Below are positions 41,762 to 52,211 of a stretch of DNA of 64,000 bases, piece by piece. Both the position numbers and the translations under genes were made by a program. Every line of letters starts with the position of its first letter. Position 1 is the stretch's first letter. This stretch comes from Candidatus Latescibacterota bacterium (GTDB lineage: Bacteria > Latescibacterota > UBA2968 > GCA-2709665): assembly GCA_965208835.1 (NCBI GenBank), contig OZ242358.1, positions 4,448,001-4,512,000 on the forward strand, in the 5' to 3' direction. The notes beneath the pieces are model-generated. The model was not told where the DNA came from. It worked only from the letters and a program-made list of their open reading frames with translations, and did not search any database.

Positions 41762-42256
41762 TCAGGAAAGGTCTTTGAATTCGATGTGCAGGTGATCCCG
41801 GTACCCGGTAAGCCGGCGGTAGTCGACCCCGGCGCTGTCGAACATGCGCTTGGAGGCTATGACGGGTTCGGTCTCCGCGTATTTGTCCGCCAGGTAGATG
41901 ACTTCCCGAATGCCGGATTGAATGATGACTTTCGCGCATTCGTTGCACGGAAAGTGTGTAACGTAGATCGTGCAGTTGTAGAGGTTGGTGTCGATCTTGT
42001 TCAGGATCGCGTTGAGTTCGGCGTGGCAGATGTACGGGTACTTGGTATCGAGAAAGTCCCCCTCTCTTGCCCACGGGTATTCGTCGTCCGAGCAGCCGAT
42101 CGGCAGGCCGTTATAGCCGATGCCCACGATTTTCTTTTTCTCGTTGATGATGCATGCGCCGACGCGGGTGTTGGGGTCCTTGCTCCTCAGAGCGGAAAGC
42201 AGCGCGACGCCCATGAAATATTCATCCCATGAGAGATAGTCTTCACGTTTGTTCAT
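41762..42256 (-). CDS. dCMP deaminase (ComEB/DCTD family)
   Basis: WDEYFM, RSKDP, GYNG, HAELNAI, PCNECAK. Confidence 0.95.
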   Translation of the reverse strand: MNKREDYLSWDEYFMGVALLSALRSKDPNTRVGACIINEKKKIVGIGYNGLPIGCSDDEYPWAREGDFLDTKYPYICHAELNAILNKIDTNLYNCTIYVTHFPCNECAKVIIQSGIREVIYLADKYAETEPVIASKRMFDSAGVDYRRLTGYRDHLHIEFKDLS

Positions 42257-42450
42257 TTGAGCTTATCCGGACGATTCGATCCGCACGCGGCCCCGAGGGG
42301 AATCACAGGTCACGCGGCGCAAGGTATCTGTGTGAACGGGCTGTGTCGCCGTTACGCGCCAACGACGTAAATATGCTGATCGGGAACTTAGATTGCAACG
42401 CCTTATTGGGTGGTATTGGATTCGGTTCATCAACTGTATACATGAACAGG

Positions 42451-42485
42451 CAAAAGGCATCCGCCAAACCAACGGATGCCTTTTG
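42451..42485. terminator. Bidirectional terminator
   Basis: CAAAAGGCATCCG / CGGATGCCTTTTG inverted repeat just after the TonB receptor gene. Confidence 0.7.
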
Positions 42486-42510
42486 TGAGACTGTTATGAA
42501 TAACGGACCG

Positions 42511-45500
42511 TCAACTTCCGAGATGGTAGGTTACAGCCAGCTTCAGCCGCCGGCCCTTGGGATCGTGCGTGAAGCCGTCGTAGGCCTGCTCGATATTCAC
42601 GAGAGGAGGCATTGTGTCGAGCAGATTCATGCCGGATAGCGCGATGTTCAACCCGTTTGGCATGTTCCACAGGAACGTCATGTCCCATGTTACATACGAT
42701 TCGATGGTACCGAAAATGCTCTTGATCTTCGAATTATCGGAGCCCATCGACCCGCGGTCCTCATAAGACGAGATGTAGTTCAGATAGGTCGCGAGACTGT
42801 AATCCTGCCAGTAATAGCTCCCCGAAATCCGGCCCTTGAACTTTGGAAGGGACGTCGCGATGGGATTGCCGAAGTTCAGGTAACCGGCGGCGTCCGCATC
42901 CTCCAGCAGCACCAGGTTTCCCAGCATCAGTGCTTTTGTCTCGTACGCCAGCGTATAGGTGCCTTCGAGGCCTGCTGTGAACAGTCCTGCTCCCTGCGGC
43001 ACCCGCGTACCCAGATGCAGATCGATTCCCGAGGTCTTGAGCCCAGGCCAATTGACGATATCCACCTGCACCCGCTCGAGTTCCGAGGCCGCGCAGGTGC
43101 CGGTACCGATTCCGTCCGGACACACGATAAATTGCTTCAGGGCGTTCTTATTTGCTTCGTCGGCGTATAAAGCGGTAATGGCGCCGTGGGGCATGGAACC
43201 GATCACGTCGCTGAAATCGTAACTCCAGTAGTCCAGTGTCGCCTCAAATCCCGTCTCGGTAACCAGGGCAAGGCCCGCGTTAAAAGTAAATGCACGTTCG
43301 GGTTTGAGGTCCTTGCTCCCGATTCTGTCGACCGTTTGATACGCGTCCGTCGCGTTGATCCACTCGAGGGTCGAGAGCGGGCTCTCATTCACGTCGTCCA
43401 GCGCTGGCGTGCGGAACGTCGTCTGAACAGAACCGCGCAGGAACAGGGATTGGTCGGCTGATTCCACCAGTTGATAGCGCCACCCGAACTTGGGATCGAA
43501 ACTGCTGGCCACGTCGTGGAACTCGTAGTTGGCGGCAAGCTGCACGTCAAACCGCTCTCCCAGGCTCAGCGGAGTCTCGGCAAAGAAGCGATGCACCGTC
43601 TGAGATTCATCATACGGCCGATGCACGTTGGTGAACGCATAGGGGCCGAATCGGTCCTCAGCCGAGCAGTTCTTGTCGCCGACAACCGGACAGGGGTTGA
43701 TGGTCACGTCGCCCTCGTCGTTGGGGTCCCCGCTGGCATTGAAAAGCCGGAACTGGTAGCCCGCCGCGTAACTGAAGACGTCCTCGATCCAGGTCCCCGT
43801 CATCGTCGCGTCGGCCACCAGCATGTCGGCCGTGCTCTGCATGTCCACTTCCTGGTTGAGCCAGAGTCGAAGTTCCTCACTGTTGGCAAGCGCGGCGCGG
43901 TAACCGGGATTCGCCCGGGTTGCATACGCCGAACCGTATTGGTCCGTGAACTCGATCGCATTGCCGAAGGGATTGTAGTACTGGCAGTCGCCCTGACCCG
44001 CCACCTTGCCGCCGAGCGGGCCCAGGCGCATTCCGGCAAGAGACGTCTGATCCGCCACCACGTCAACGCCGCAGCGCGGCCCCCCGAAGCCCCGGAAGCC
44101 GAGGAAAAGCCGCTCGATGTACACACCCGGCAGGTTGTAGTTGCCTTCGGTGCGGGAGTAGGAAAGGCCCAGGTCGAAATGCGAGTCCCGCCCGCCGAAT
44201 CCCTCGAAGTCTCCATTGATGGAAGCCGCCAGCCGCAACGTGCGGGAGTCACGGTCCAGCGTTCGCCCCGGACCCGAGTTTCCGAAAGGACGTCCGTTGA
44301 AGTACCAGTTCTCGCCTCCCTGACATGCCTCGTAATATGGATCGGACGGGTCCGCGCCGTAGTCCTCGCAGAATGCCCCCCGGCCAGGGTGGTCCGGCGC
44401 GACTTCCATGATACTGGTGTCTGTGAGTGGAAACGGCGGATACGACGGCGTCGTGTACCAATCGGCAATCGTGGCCTGCGCCCACAGACCTTCGACGTGA
44501 TACTCCGCACCGTTATCCAGCTTCCCGTTGATCTCGGCAAAAGCGCGCATATGACTCATATCTTCGATCAGATTCTCATATTGCTGATATCGGAACCGGC
44601 ATGTCCAGGACTCCCGGAAACCCCCGAATTCCTCGCACCTTGGGGCGTGAATGGCGGCGGTCCATGGGGCCGGCGCCCCGATGGCGAAGGTGCCGGGATT
44701 GCCCAGGCTCGACCACCCCAGGCGCTGCCCGCCACCGTGCCATGGCTGCAGCAGGTAATCCCTTTCCCAGGACGGCAACGCCTGGCGTCCCCTCCATTCG
44801 GCGGACACGACCGCGTGGGCTTCTCCGAGTTTCCCGCCCCATATCGCGCCGGCGTTGGTATCGCCCGCGCCCGGGAAGTACTCGTGCGCGGCGGAAACCT
44901 CGAAGCCCTCGAAGTTACGGCGCGTAAGGAAGTTGGCCACGCCGCCCACTGCATCCGACCCGTATATGGCGGAAGCCCCTTCCTTGAGTACTTCGACCCG
45001 CTCGATGGCAATAGAGGGAATCACGTTGACATCGACAAAGCGGCCCCCGATCAGTCGCGCCGGGACGTAAGTCTGGCGACGGCTGTTGATCAGCACGAGG
45101 GTGCGCGACGCCCCCAGGCCCCGCAGGTTGACGTTTGCGATGCTTTCGGTGAGCGTGGCGGCCTGGCCTGAATTGTACCAGCTGCTGCGCTCCCCGATCA
45201 CGCCGTGGCTGGCGCCGAGATTCTTGAAAAAGTCGACAGCCTGCGGAGACCCCTGTTCCGCCATCTCCTCGCGGCCAACCGCCACAACAGCGTAAGTCTG
45301 GTTGATGGGGGATTCCTTGAAGGCCGTGCCGGTCACCACGAGTTCGTCCATGTAAAGCAGCGACAGGTCCATACTCAACGCAACGGTAAGGGTCGCGCCG
45401 GCGGTGACCGTGATCGTTCGCGGCTCGCCCGCATAGCCGATCAGTTGCACGCTTAGTTGGTGTGTGCCGGCCGGTACGTCGCGGATGGTAAAGCGTCCTG

Positions 45501-45687
45501 CCGCGTCCGACTCCGCGACCAGGTTCAGCGCGGCGATGGACACGTTAACACCTTCCAGCGGGTCTCCGCTTTCCGCGTCGACGACGGTCCCGGACACGGT
45601 TCCGGTCGATTGTCCCACCACAGTATGCGCGTGGAGAAACATTGCCGCGCATACCAGAAACGGAATATACCTTACGATGGACTTCAT
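42511..45687 (-). CDS. TonB-dependent receptor with N-terminal carboxypeptidase-regulatory-like domain
   Basis: DELVVTG TonB box; NLRGLGASRTLVLIN; IERVEVLKEGASAIYGSDAVGGV. Confidence 0.95.
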   Translation of the reverse strand: MKSIVRYIPFLVCAAMFLHAHTVVGQSTGTVSGTVVDAESGDPLEGVNVSIAALNLVAESDAAGRFTIRDVPAGTHQLSVQLIGYAGEPRTITVTAGATLTVALSMDLSLLYMDELVVTGTAFKESPINQTYAVVAVGREEMAEQGSPQAVDFFKNLGASHGVIGERSSWYNSGQAATLTESIANVNLRGLGASRTLVLINSRRQTYVPARLIGGRFVDVNVIPSIAIERVEVLKEGASAIYGSDAVGGVANFLTRRNFEGFEVSAAHEYFPGAGDTNAGAIWGGKLGEAHAVVSAEWRGRQALPSWERDYLLQPWHGGGQRLGWSSLGNPGTFAIGAPAPWTAAIHAPRCEEFGGFRESWTCRFRYQQYENLIEDMSHMRAFAEINGKLDNGAEYHVEGLWAQATIADWYTTPSYPPFPLTDTSIMEVAPDHPGRGAFCEDYGADPSDPYYEACQGGENWYFNGRPFGNSGPGRTLDRDSRTLRLAASINGDFEGFGGRDSHFDLGLSYSRTEGNYNLPGVYIERLFLGFRGFGGPRCGVDVVADQTSLAGMRLGPLGGKVAGQGDCQYYNPFGNAIEFTDQYGSAYATRANPGYRAALANSEELRLWLNQEVDMQSTADMLVADATMTGTWIEDVFSYAAGYQFRLFNASGDPNDEGDVTINPCPVVGDKNCSAEDRFGPYAFTNVHRPYDESQTVHRFFAETPLSLGERFDVQLAANYEFHDVASSFDPKFGWRYQLVESADQSLFLRGSVQTTFRTPALDDVNESPLSTLEWINATDAYQTVDRIGSKDLKPERAFTFNAGLALVTETGFEATLDYWSYDFSDVIGSMPHGAITALYADEANKNALKQFIVCPDGIGTGTCAASELERVQVDIVNWPGLKTSGIDLHLGTRVPQGAGLFTAGLEGTYTLAYETKALMLGNLVLLEDADAAGYLNFGNPIATSLPKFKGRISGSYYWQDYSLATYLNYISSYEDRGSMGSDNSKIKSIFGTIESYVTWDMTFLWNMPNGLNIALSGMNLLDTMPPLVNIEQAYDGFTHDPKGRRLKLAVTYHLGS

Positions 45688-45771
45688 AGGACCTCCTCGT
45701 CTTGGGTCTTCAGCCGAAGTTTGAAATCGGCTCGTTACTCTTGCGGCATGGATGGCCGCCAGAACATTCCC

Positions 45772-47328
45772 TCACGATATTCTCTTCAGTTCACTTCGCA
45801 GCCCTCTCCAGACGCAGAACGCCATACCCAACAGGACGACGGCGAACGGGAGGCCGGTTGCCAGCGAGGCGGCCTGCAAGGCTTCCAATCCTCCGCCAAG
45901 CAGAAGCGCGATCGCCACCAGCCCCTCGATCGTACACCAGAAGACGCGCTGCGCCACCGGTGCGTCAACCCTCCCGCCGGCCGCGATCGTGTCGATGATC
46001 AGCGATCCGGAGTCCGACGACGTCACGAAGAATACGATTGTCAGCAGCATTGCGACAGACGAAAGCAGTACCGGCGCCGGCAATCTGTCAAGCATTTTGA
46101 AGAGTGCAATCTCAAGTTTCCAGGCTTCGACATTCCCGGTAACGCCGGCATAGCCGTCGACCATGTGCTGGTGGAACGCCGTGCCGCCGAAGGAGCCGAA
46201 CCACAGCAGGCACAACAGTGTGGGCATCAGGAGAACGAAAACGACGAACTCGCGAACGGTGCGCCCCTTCGAGATCCTGGCGATGAACGTCCCCACGAAC
46301 GGCGCCCAGGCGAACCACCACGCCCAGTAGAACGTGGTCCAGTCGCGAACGAATCCTGTATCTTCACGCCCGATCCAGTTGCTGAGCGGACCGACCTTCA
46401 CCAGATAGCCGCCCAGCCCCTGTGCGATGCTGCGGAGAACGTATGCTGTGGGACCGAGCAGGATCACGGCAAGCAGCAACATCAGGGCAACGATGACGTT
46501 GAATTGGCTGAGGTGCTTGATGCCGACGTCGATACCCGTCAGCACCGAAATCAGGGCAATCGCGGTAATCACCACGATCAGGGCCACCATCGTGGCGCCG
46601 CTCGCCGGTATGTCGAACAGGTAGTTGAAGCCGGAGGTTACCTGTTGAACCCCGAGGCCGAGGGAGGTTGCCAGCCCGAACAACCCCGCGAATATGGCGA
46701 ACGTATCGATAACGTGGCCGGGCCAGCCCCAGACGCGGTCGCCAAACAGGGGATGGAACGCCGAACGGATCGTTAAAGGCAATCCGCGGTTGTACGCAAA
46801 GAACCCGAGTGCGAGTCCCACGACGCCGTAGATCGCCCAGCCGTGCAGGCCCCAGTGAAACGTCGTGGCCGCGATACCGGCAACGGCGGCCGCTTCCGTT
46901 CCGGAGGCGATGCCCAGCGGCGGACTCTTGAAGTAGTAGACCGGCTCCGCCACTCCGAAAAACAGAAGACCTATGCCCACGCCGGCGGCAAATAGCATGG
47001 CGAGCCAGGTCGTGTTCGTGTATTCCGGTTTCGCCCGCGGGCCTCCGAGACGGACCCGCCCGAGCGGCGATACGGCAACGTAGAGACAGAAGAGCACGAC
47101 CAGGTTGGCCGCGCTCATGAAAAACCAGTTGAGATTCGTCGTAAGCCAGACACGGGTGTCTTTGAAGACTTCCGTCGCGGCCTCCCTGAAGATAAGGGTG
47201 CCCGCAACGAAAGCGACGATGGTAAGACTGGAAATCACGAACACCGGGGTCAGGTAGATTTCCAGGCCGAACAGCCGGCGGTGCTGCGCGGCATCGTGTG
47301 AATGGGGTCGTGCTCCCGCTGCAGACAT
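45772..47328 (-). CDS. BCCT-family (betaine/carnitine/choline) transporter
   Basis: WLAMLFAAGVGIGL, FHWGLHGW, WTTFYWAWWFAWAPFVGTFIARISKGRT. Confidence 0.95.
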   Translation of the reverse strand: MSAAGARPHSHDAAQHRRLFGLEIYLTPVFVISSLTIVAFVAGTLIFREAATEVFKDTRVWLTTNLNWFFMSAANLVVLFCLYVAVSPLGRVRLGGPRAKPEYTNTTWLAMLFAAGVGIGLLFFGVAEPVYYFKSPPLGIASGTEAAAVAGIAATTFHWGLHGWAIYGVVGLALGFFAYNRGLPLTIRSAFHPLFGDRVWGWPGHVIDTFAIFAGLFGLATSLGLGVQQVTSGFNYLFDIPASGATMVALIVVITAIALISVLTGIDVGIKHLSQFNVIVALMLLLAVILLGPTAYVLRSIAQGLGGYLVKVGPLSNWIGREDTGFVRDWTTFYWAWWFAWAPFVGTFIARISKGRTVREFVVFVLLMPTLLCLLWFGSFGGTAFHQHMVDGYAGVTGNVEAWKLEIALFKMLDRLPAPVLLSSVAMLLTIVFFVTSSDSGSLIIDTIAAGGRVDAPVAQRVFWCTIEGLVAIALLLGGGLEALQAASLATGLPFAVVLLGMAFCVWRGLRSELKRIS

Positions 47329-47460
47329 CGGGAATATCCACTTTCAGTTGGCGAACGGATCGAAACGCAACCGGGAACCGTCTGTGCCCCGCGTTCTCTA
47401 TCAGGTGTTGGAGAGGTCAGGGAGCCGGCTGCCATTCCGATTAATTGCACACTATTGAGA

Positions 47461-47479
47461 GTGTCTCAGAATGAGACGC
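47461..47479. promoter_or_regulatory. Operator-like palindrome upstream of the BCCT-TBDR pair
   Basis: GTCTCA-GAA-TGAGAC. Confidence 0.4.
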
Positions 47480-47563
47480 TTACACCTGAAAGATATGCGG
47501 TCTTTTAATTTCCGCAACCTCTACATTTCCTGTTTACGACCACCTTTTGCCTTTTCAGGTGGT

Positions 47564-48877
47564 TTATTTCCTGGTTTCTCCGGCGCGTACCAGCGCCTGT
47601 TTCATCGCGATGGGGCCGATCATCTGATTCACCGCTATCACCGCGACGATTACCGTCACGAAGGCTTCGCCCCAGCCCGGAAAACGGCGGGTGACCTCCA
47701 GAGCCAGTCCCAGGCTGACGCCGGCCTGCGTGAGATAGGCCAGACCCGCGATGCGGTTGAAGCGGGGAGGATCGCCGCCAAGGCGCCCTCCTGCGTACGC
47801 GCTCAGGTAGATGGCCCCGGCTCTCACGCCAACGAGCAGAATCGCAACGGTCCACGTCTGCATCAGGGCGTCCAGGTTCAGGCCCGCTCCCGCCAGCGTA
47901 AAGAACAAAACGTATACTGGAAGACCGACCGATTCAATCGCTTCTATGAAGCGGGAACCCTGACGGGAGACGTTCTGCACGGTGAATCCGGCGGTAACGC
48001 AGATCAGCAGGGGCTCGAGATGGATACTGAGGCCGTACGCCTCTTTAAGATACGCGGCGAACCCGTGCGAGATGCTGGTCACCAGAAGGGCCGTACCCAG
48101 CAACAGCAGCGGTAGGTTCGCCCGGACCCGGTCAATATAGAAGCCCAGCGCCAGCCCCACGCCCAAACCCGCACCGATGCCCAGCAGGACTTCCACGCTC
48201 AGGCCGGCAATGAATCCCAGGTCCAATGCGGCGGCGGGCGACATCACCACCTCGCAGAACGAAATCGCGGCGCCGAACAGCACGATCACGAAGACGTCCA
48301 GCGCCACGGTGACGCCGAGCGCGGTTTCGGTGAACGGGCCCGTCGCACGTGTCTCGTTTACAATGGCGATGGCGCTGGAAGGCGACCGCGCCACGGCGAG
48401 TACGCCGAAGAGCGAGCCCACCGTCAGCAACTCGAGATTCGAAAAGGATGCGGTGAACGGCAGCAGCGGTGCTGCAAGGAACACGAATGTGGTGACGATG
48501 ATGAAGACGATGGTGGTCTGTGAGAGGATAGAGTGCAGGATGACGCTCATCCGCTCCCTCAGTTCGGCCATCCTCAATTCGCCGCCCGCCGCCAGTGCGA
48601 TGAAGGTCACCGCCAGCTCGTTCAGAAACCCGAGTTGGCCCACGGCTTCTCTGGTCAGGAAGCCCATCAGGTAGGGTCCCGTGAGCATGCCGACGCAGAG
48701 GTATCCGGTTATCCGCGGGAGGTGCAGCCGGGAGAGGACGTGGCCCGCCGCGTAACCGGAAAGCAGGAGCAGACCGACAACCAGCGTGGTGTAGGCGCCG
48801 GGAGCGTCGCCGGGCGGGGTCGAGCCGGCCCAGGCCATGAGCAGACTCAGGGCGATGAAGACGAAAATCAGCCTCAT
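47564..48877 (-). CDS. Cation:proton antiporter (CPA family)
   Basis: LPRITGYLCVGMLTGP, IALAAGGEL, QAGVSLGLA; start ATGA-coupled to the upstream gene. Confidence 0.85.
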   Translation of the reverse strand: MRLIFVFIALSLLMAWAGSTPPGDAPGAYTTLVVGLLLLSGYAAGHVLSRLHLPRITGYLCVGMLTGPYLMGFLTREAVGQLGFLNELAVTFIALAAGGELRMAELRERMSVILHSILSQTTIVFIIVTTFVFLAAPLLPFTASFSNLELLTVGSLFGVLAVARSPSSAIAIVNETRATGPFTETALGVTVALDVFVIVLFGAAISFCEVVMSPAAALDLGFIAGLSVEVLLGIGAGLGVGLALGFYIDRVRANLPLLLLGTALLVTSISHGFAAYLKEAYGLSIHLEPLLICVTAGFTVQNVSRQGSRFIEAIESVGLPVYVLFFTLAGAGLNLDALMQTWTVAILLVGVRAGAIYLSAYAGGRLGGDPPRFNRIAGLAYLTQAGVSLGLALEVTRRFPGWGEAFVTVIVAVIAVNQMIGPIAMKQALVRAGETRK

Positions 48878-50061
48878 GGCGTCTTTCCCAGCAGGCGTCG
48901 CGTCGAGGCCGGAGCGATGAGTTCGCTGGCGATGATGCCCAGCAGCACCACGGAAATCACTGCGTCTGTCACCTCGGAACGGTGGATCTGGTGCAGGTTG
49001 ACCACGATGGCCACGGCCATTCCCCCGTGAGAAAGCAGACCGAGACCGAGGCCGCTCAACGCTCGGGATCCGGGCAGAAACAGGCGGACCGAAACGAAGC
49101 CGCCAAGGGTCTTGCCGAGGGTCCGGACGAGGACATAGACAGGCACCAGAGCCAGAAGCCAGACCGATTCGATACGCCATCCGGCGCCCACCAGGATGAG
49201 AAAGATGATGTAGATGGAGTGTTCGCCTCTCAGGAGCACCGTGCGAATGCCCGCCCTCGCTCGTCCTCTCGCCAGATTCGCGACGATGACACCCGCGATG
49301 AGGTTGACCAGAAGCGGAGACAGGCTGAGGTACAGCGCTAGTCCTCCCGAAAAGGTTATGGCGCCCATGACGATCAGCAGCATCTCATCGTCCTTGAGGC
49401 GGTAGGTGGTCAGGGCAACGACCAGCAGACCGACGGTCAGGCCGAGCCCCGCCGAGACACCGATCCACGTGTAGGTGGACGCGCCGGCGTGCAATACGGC
49501 CAGGCACGAGATGAGACCGAACGCGGTCAGGCCGACCAGGTCGTCGATGTTCGATACGTTCGTGAGAAGCCGCATCAGCGGCCGCGCCGGGGCCGGCGTG
49601 TTTCGGGAAAACAGCGTGAGGCCGCTGGAAGCCGTGCCCGATGCCGCGGCCGCCAGCGTGACGGCGCCGATCACCAGCAGCTCCGTTTCGCGTGCATAGA
49701 GGTAGTGAAAGAGCAGCAGGAAGGGAACGGCCACAACCACAAGGGTGATCAGGCTCTGGACGAGCGCAGCGCCGAAGACCCGTCCCGGAATATGACTCAG
49801 CCGCCGAAACTCCCACTGAACGCCGAAGAGCATGCCGATCCACGAGAGGCCCATGCCCACAAACGGATAGAGGCCGTCGAGGGTCGCTGAGTCAAGCAGA
49901 TCGAGAACGGCGCCGCCGAGAAGAAATCCGACCAGGAGGTATTCGATACCGGTGAGAAAGAGGTTTCTGACACCGAGGGGCAGGCGGATATGGACGAAAC
50001 TGAGGCGGGAACCGACGAACGCGATCACGACGATCAGGATGGCGGCGAAGACCAGTTTCAT
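48874..50061 (-). CDS. Cation:proton antiporter-like membrane protein
   Basis: About 12 TM helices; YLLVGFLLG, IDD, GLGLLSHGGMAVAI. Confidence 0.75.
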   Translation of the reverse strand: MKLVFAAILIVVIAFVGSRLSFVHIRLPLGVRNLFLTGIEYLLVGFLLGGAVLDLLDSATLDGLYPFVGMGLSWIGMLFGVQWEFRRLSHIPGRVFGAALVQSLITLVVVAVPFLLLFHYLYARETELLVIGAVTLAAAASGTASSGLTLFSRNTPAPARPLMRLLTNVSNIDDLVGLTAFGLISCLAVLHAGASTYTWIGVSAGLGLTVGLLVVALTTYRLKDDEMLLIVMGAITFSGGLALYLSLSPLLVNLIAGVIVANLARGRARAGIRTVLLRGEHSIYIIFLILVGAGWRIESVWLLALVPVYVLVRTLGKTLGGFVSVRLFLPGSRALSGLGLGLLSHGGMAVAIVVNLHQIHRSEVTDAVISVVLLGIIASELIAPASTRRLLGKTP

Positions 50062-50393
50062 GGAGGTTCCCCGCCCTCCGGTCCAAGACGGAAATCGACG
50101 GGCAAGAGAAAGAGTGTTCCCACGCCGGGCCGCGTGAAATCGACACCGGTTTCCCGGAACAGCCGGATGAGCGGGTCGAGCAGCGTTCGGTCCTTTACGG
50201 GTGCGACGATCACGCTGGAACGGCCGGATCCTGCCGGCAGCAATCCGGCAAAGATGGGCACGTCCTCGGACAGGATGCGCTCCATTGGAGTCCCGTCCAG
50301 CACCGTTGCGCCCGTGATTTCCAGCTCAACGAGACCGGAGAGGACCTCGTCGAGCAGGTCCTCGCGGTAGAGTGTAATGATAAGCAGATGCAT
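50058..50393 (-). CDS. PII-like small regulatory protein
   Basis: LLIITL..EDLLDEVL..L.ELEITGATVLDG..M...G.GTLFLLPV fits the PII-like pattern. Confidence 0.65.
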   Translation of the reverse strand: MHLLIITLYREDLLDEVLSGLVELEITGATVLDGTPMERILSEDVPIFAGLLPAGSGRSSVIVAPVKDRTLLDPLIRLFRETGVDFTRPGVGTLFLLPVDFRLGPEGGEPP

Positions 50394-50432
50394 TGAAATA
50401 GCGTATTCGCCCGGGACTTCGGGATTCAAAGG

Positions 50433-50891
50433 CTAAAAAGGCTCCTGTGCGCGGATGATCTCCATAACTTCATCAGGAGACGCGGCTGCAAGGATCTGCC
50501 GCCGGATCTCCTCGCGGTCGAAAATGCGGGCGGTGCGGCTCAGAACGCTCATGTACGCCGGCATCGATATTTCGGAGGAAAGAACCAGGAAGATCAGGTG
50601 TACGGGTTGCCCGTCCAGACTCTGAAAATCGATGCCTTCCCCGGATACGCCCAACGCCGCGACCACGCCTTCGATGTCGTCCGACCTGGCGTGGGGTATC
50701 GCCACGTGCTGATCCACGCCGCTGGTCTTGATGGCTTCCTGTTCCAGGATGAGGCCGAGCAGCGCGTTGGGATCGGGCAGGTGGACCGACCGGCCGATCA
50801 TTTCGATCAGCTCGCGGATGGCTCCGTCCCGATCGGAACTGGTCAGGCTGAGTGCGATACGGTCGCCGGCCAATGCGTCGCAGAGTCTCAT
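50433..50891 (-). CDS. PTS EIIA (Ntr/fructose-type) domain protein
   Basis: VAIPHAR with the phospho-His; GIDFQSLDGQPVHLIFL. Confidence 0.9.
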   Translation of the reverse strand: MRLCDALAGDRIALSLTSSDRDGAIRELIEMIGRSVHLPDPNALLGLILEQEAIKTSGVDQHVAIPHARSDDIEGVVAALGVSGEGIDFQSLDGQPVHLIFLVLSSEISMPAYMSVLSRTARIFDREEIRRQILAAASPDEVMEIIRAQEPF

Positions 50892-50907
50892 AGGGCTGAT
50901 TTCCGGT

Positions 50908-52143
50908 TTACAGGATGTCCACAGTCGTCGTGCGCCGTTGCGGATCGAATGCGACGTACGTTGCGCCGTTCTCCTCGTAGACGGTCCCGCTTCCGAAGGC
51001 GGATCTGTTGTGCACGCGGGGAACGGGCGTGCCGTCTACCGAAACGGAATTGATGTCCCTGCCGGTGAATCGCAACGTCAACTCCGGTGTACGCACGGGC
51101 AGGTCGAGCGTAACCGTGTTGTCTTCAACGGCGAGTTCCGCCATCTCCCGCATGATGGCGTAGGTTGTAATCTCACTGCATTTGCGCCACCGGGTGCGTT
51201 CTCCGGCCGGATCGCGTTCCTTCAGCCGTCGGACAACGGTCTTGAAGGCGTTGAAACCCCGGCGGTCGGCGTCGTGAAGTCCGTAGAAGCCCTGCCAGTG
51301 GCTGATGAGGACGGCGGGATCTCCTGCGTCGATGAGGGCCGGCAGTCGTCCGCCCTGAAGGTCGGCCGTGATGTACTTGTCTGCGTTGACCTCTCCGTAT
51401 CCCGTCCAGGACCCCGTCCAGTCGCCGGTGCCGGCGATGATCTCACCCATAGCGGTACCGTTGTCCCGGTCTGGATACCAGACGGGCGTTTCCACGGCGC
51501 CGTGGGACACGCGCTTGAACAGGTAAGGCGTAGGATTGCCGGTGACGCGGCGGCAGGCGGCTTCGGCGCACCGTGCGTAGAAGTCGAGCGGATTGCCGAA
51601 TCCCCCCGGCGAGGTGACGCCGGCGGGCGTCAGGCCGACGTTCCGGAGGATCTCACAGGCAAGCGCGATGTAGTCCGTTACCAGTTCCTCCCGGTCCGTG
51701 GGCAGCCGGTCCCATCCCCACTGTTCCCAGAGGTTGGTGTCCACCGGCTTCAACGTCTCCAGGTCCACCACGAATGTGTGGGTCATCATCTCGGGGGTGA
51801 TATCGTAATTCGGAACGATGAGCTCCCTGCACATATCCAGCCAGCTCTCCTGCTGGACCCTGCTGAACAGCGGAAGCCCGTGGTCGATCCGTCCCAGCGC
51901 CGCCGGACACGGTACGACGCTGAACTTGCCCTTGACGCCTTCGTCAAGGCAGTATTCGGCGAATTCCCGCGTGAAGGACTCGGGGTGAACCACGGGAACG
52001 TCCTCCCACCGGCGGCGCTGACCGTCGATGGGGTTTCTGTCCCGCATGAAGAAGTAATTCAGGTTGACCAGCAGCGTGGAGTCATCGAAGATGATCGAGA
52101 GGGGGACGCGGTCCAGTGCGTGGCGGGCGATTTCAACGTGCAT
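50908..52143 (-). CDS. Hypothetical protein (possible polysaccharide-deacetylase-like barrel)
   Basis: 411-aa ORF; IIFDDS, THT and HWQ motifs; fold is a guess. Confidence 0.6.
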   Translation of the reverse strand: MHVEIARHALDRVPLSIIFDDSTLLVNLNYFFMRDRNPIDGQRRRWEDVPVVHPESFTREFAEYCLDEGVKGKFSVVPCPAALGRIDHGLPLFSRVQQESWLDMCRELIVPNYDITPEMMTHTFVVDLETLKPVDTNLWEQWGWDRLPTDREELVTDYIALACEILRNVGLTPAGVTSPGGFGNPLDFYARCAEAACRRVTGNPTPYLFKRVSHGAVETPVWYPDRDNGTAMGEIIAGTGDWTGSWTGYGEVNADKYITADLQGGRLPALIDAGDPAVLISHWQGFYGLHDADRRGFNAFKTVVRRLKERDPAGERTRWRKCSEITTYAIMREMAELAVEDNTVTLDLPVRTPELTLRFTGRDINSVSVDGTPVPRVHNRSAFGSGTVYEENGATYVAFDPQRRTTTVDIL

Positions 52144-52211
52144 CGGGGGGTTCCGTCGGGGCTCTGACCCGGTGAGACAGCCGTTCAGGGTCTACTGGCG
52201 TGAATGAAGTC

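Noticed and set aside
41762-42256. dCMP deaminase as an anti-phage nucleotide-depletion system
   Set aside because: Short standalone housekeeping-type enzyme without a kinase domain or defence context
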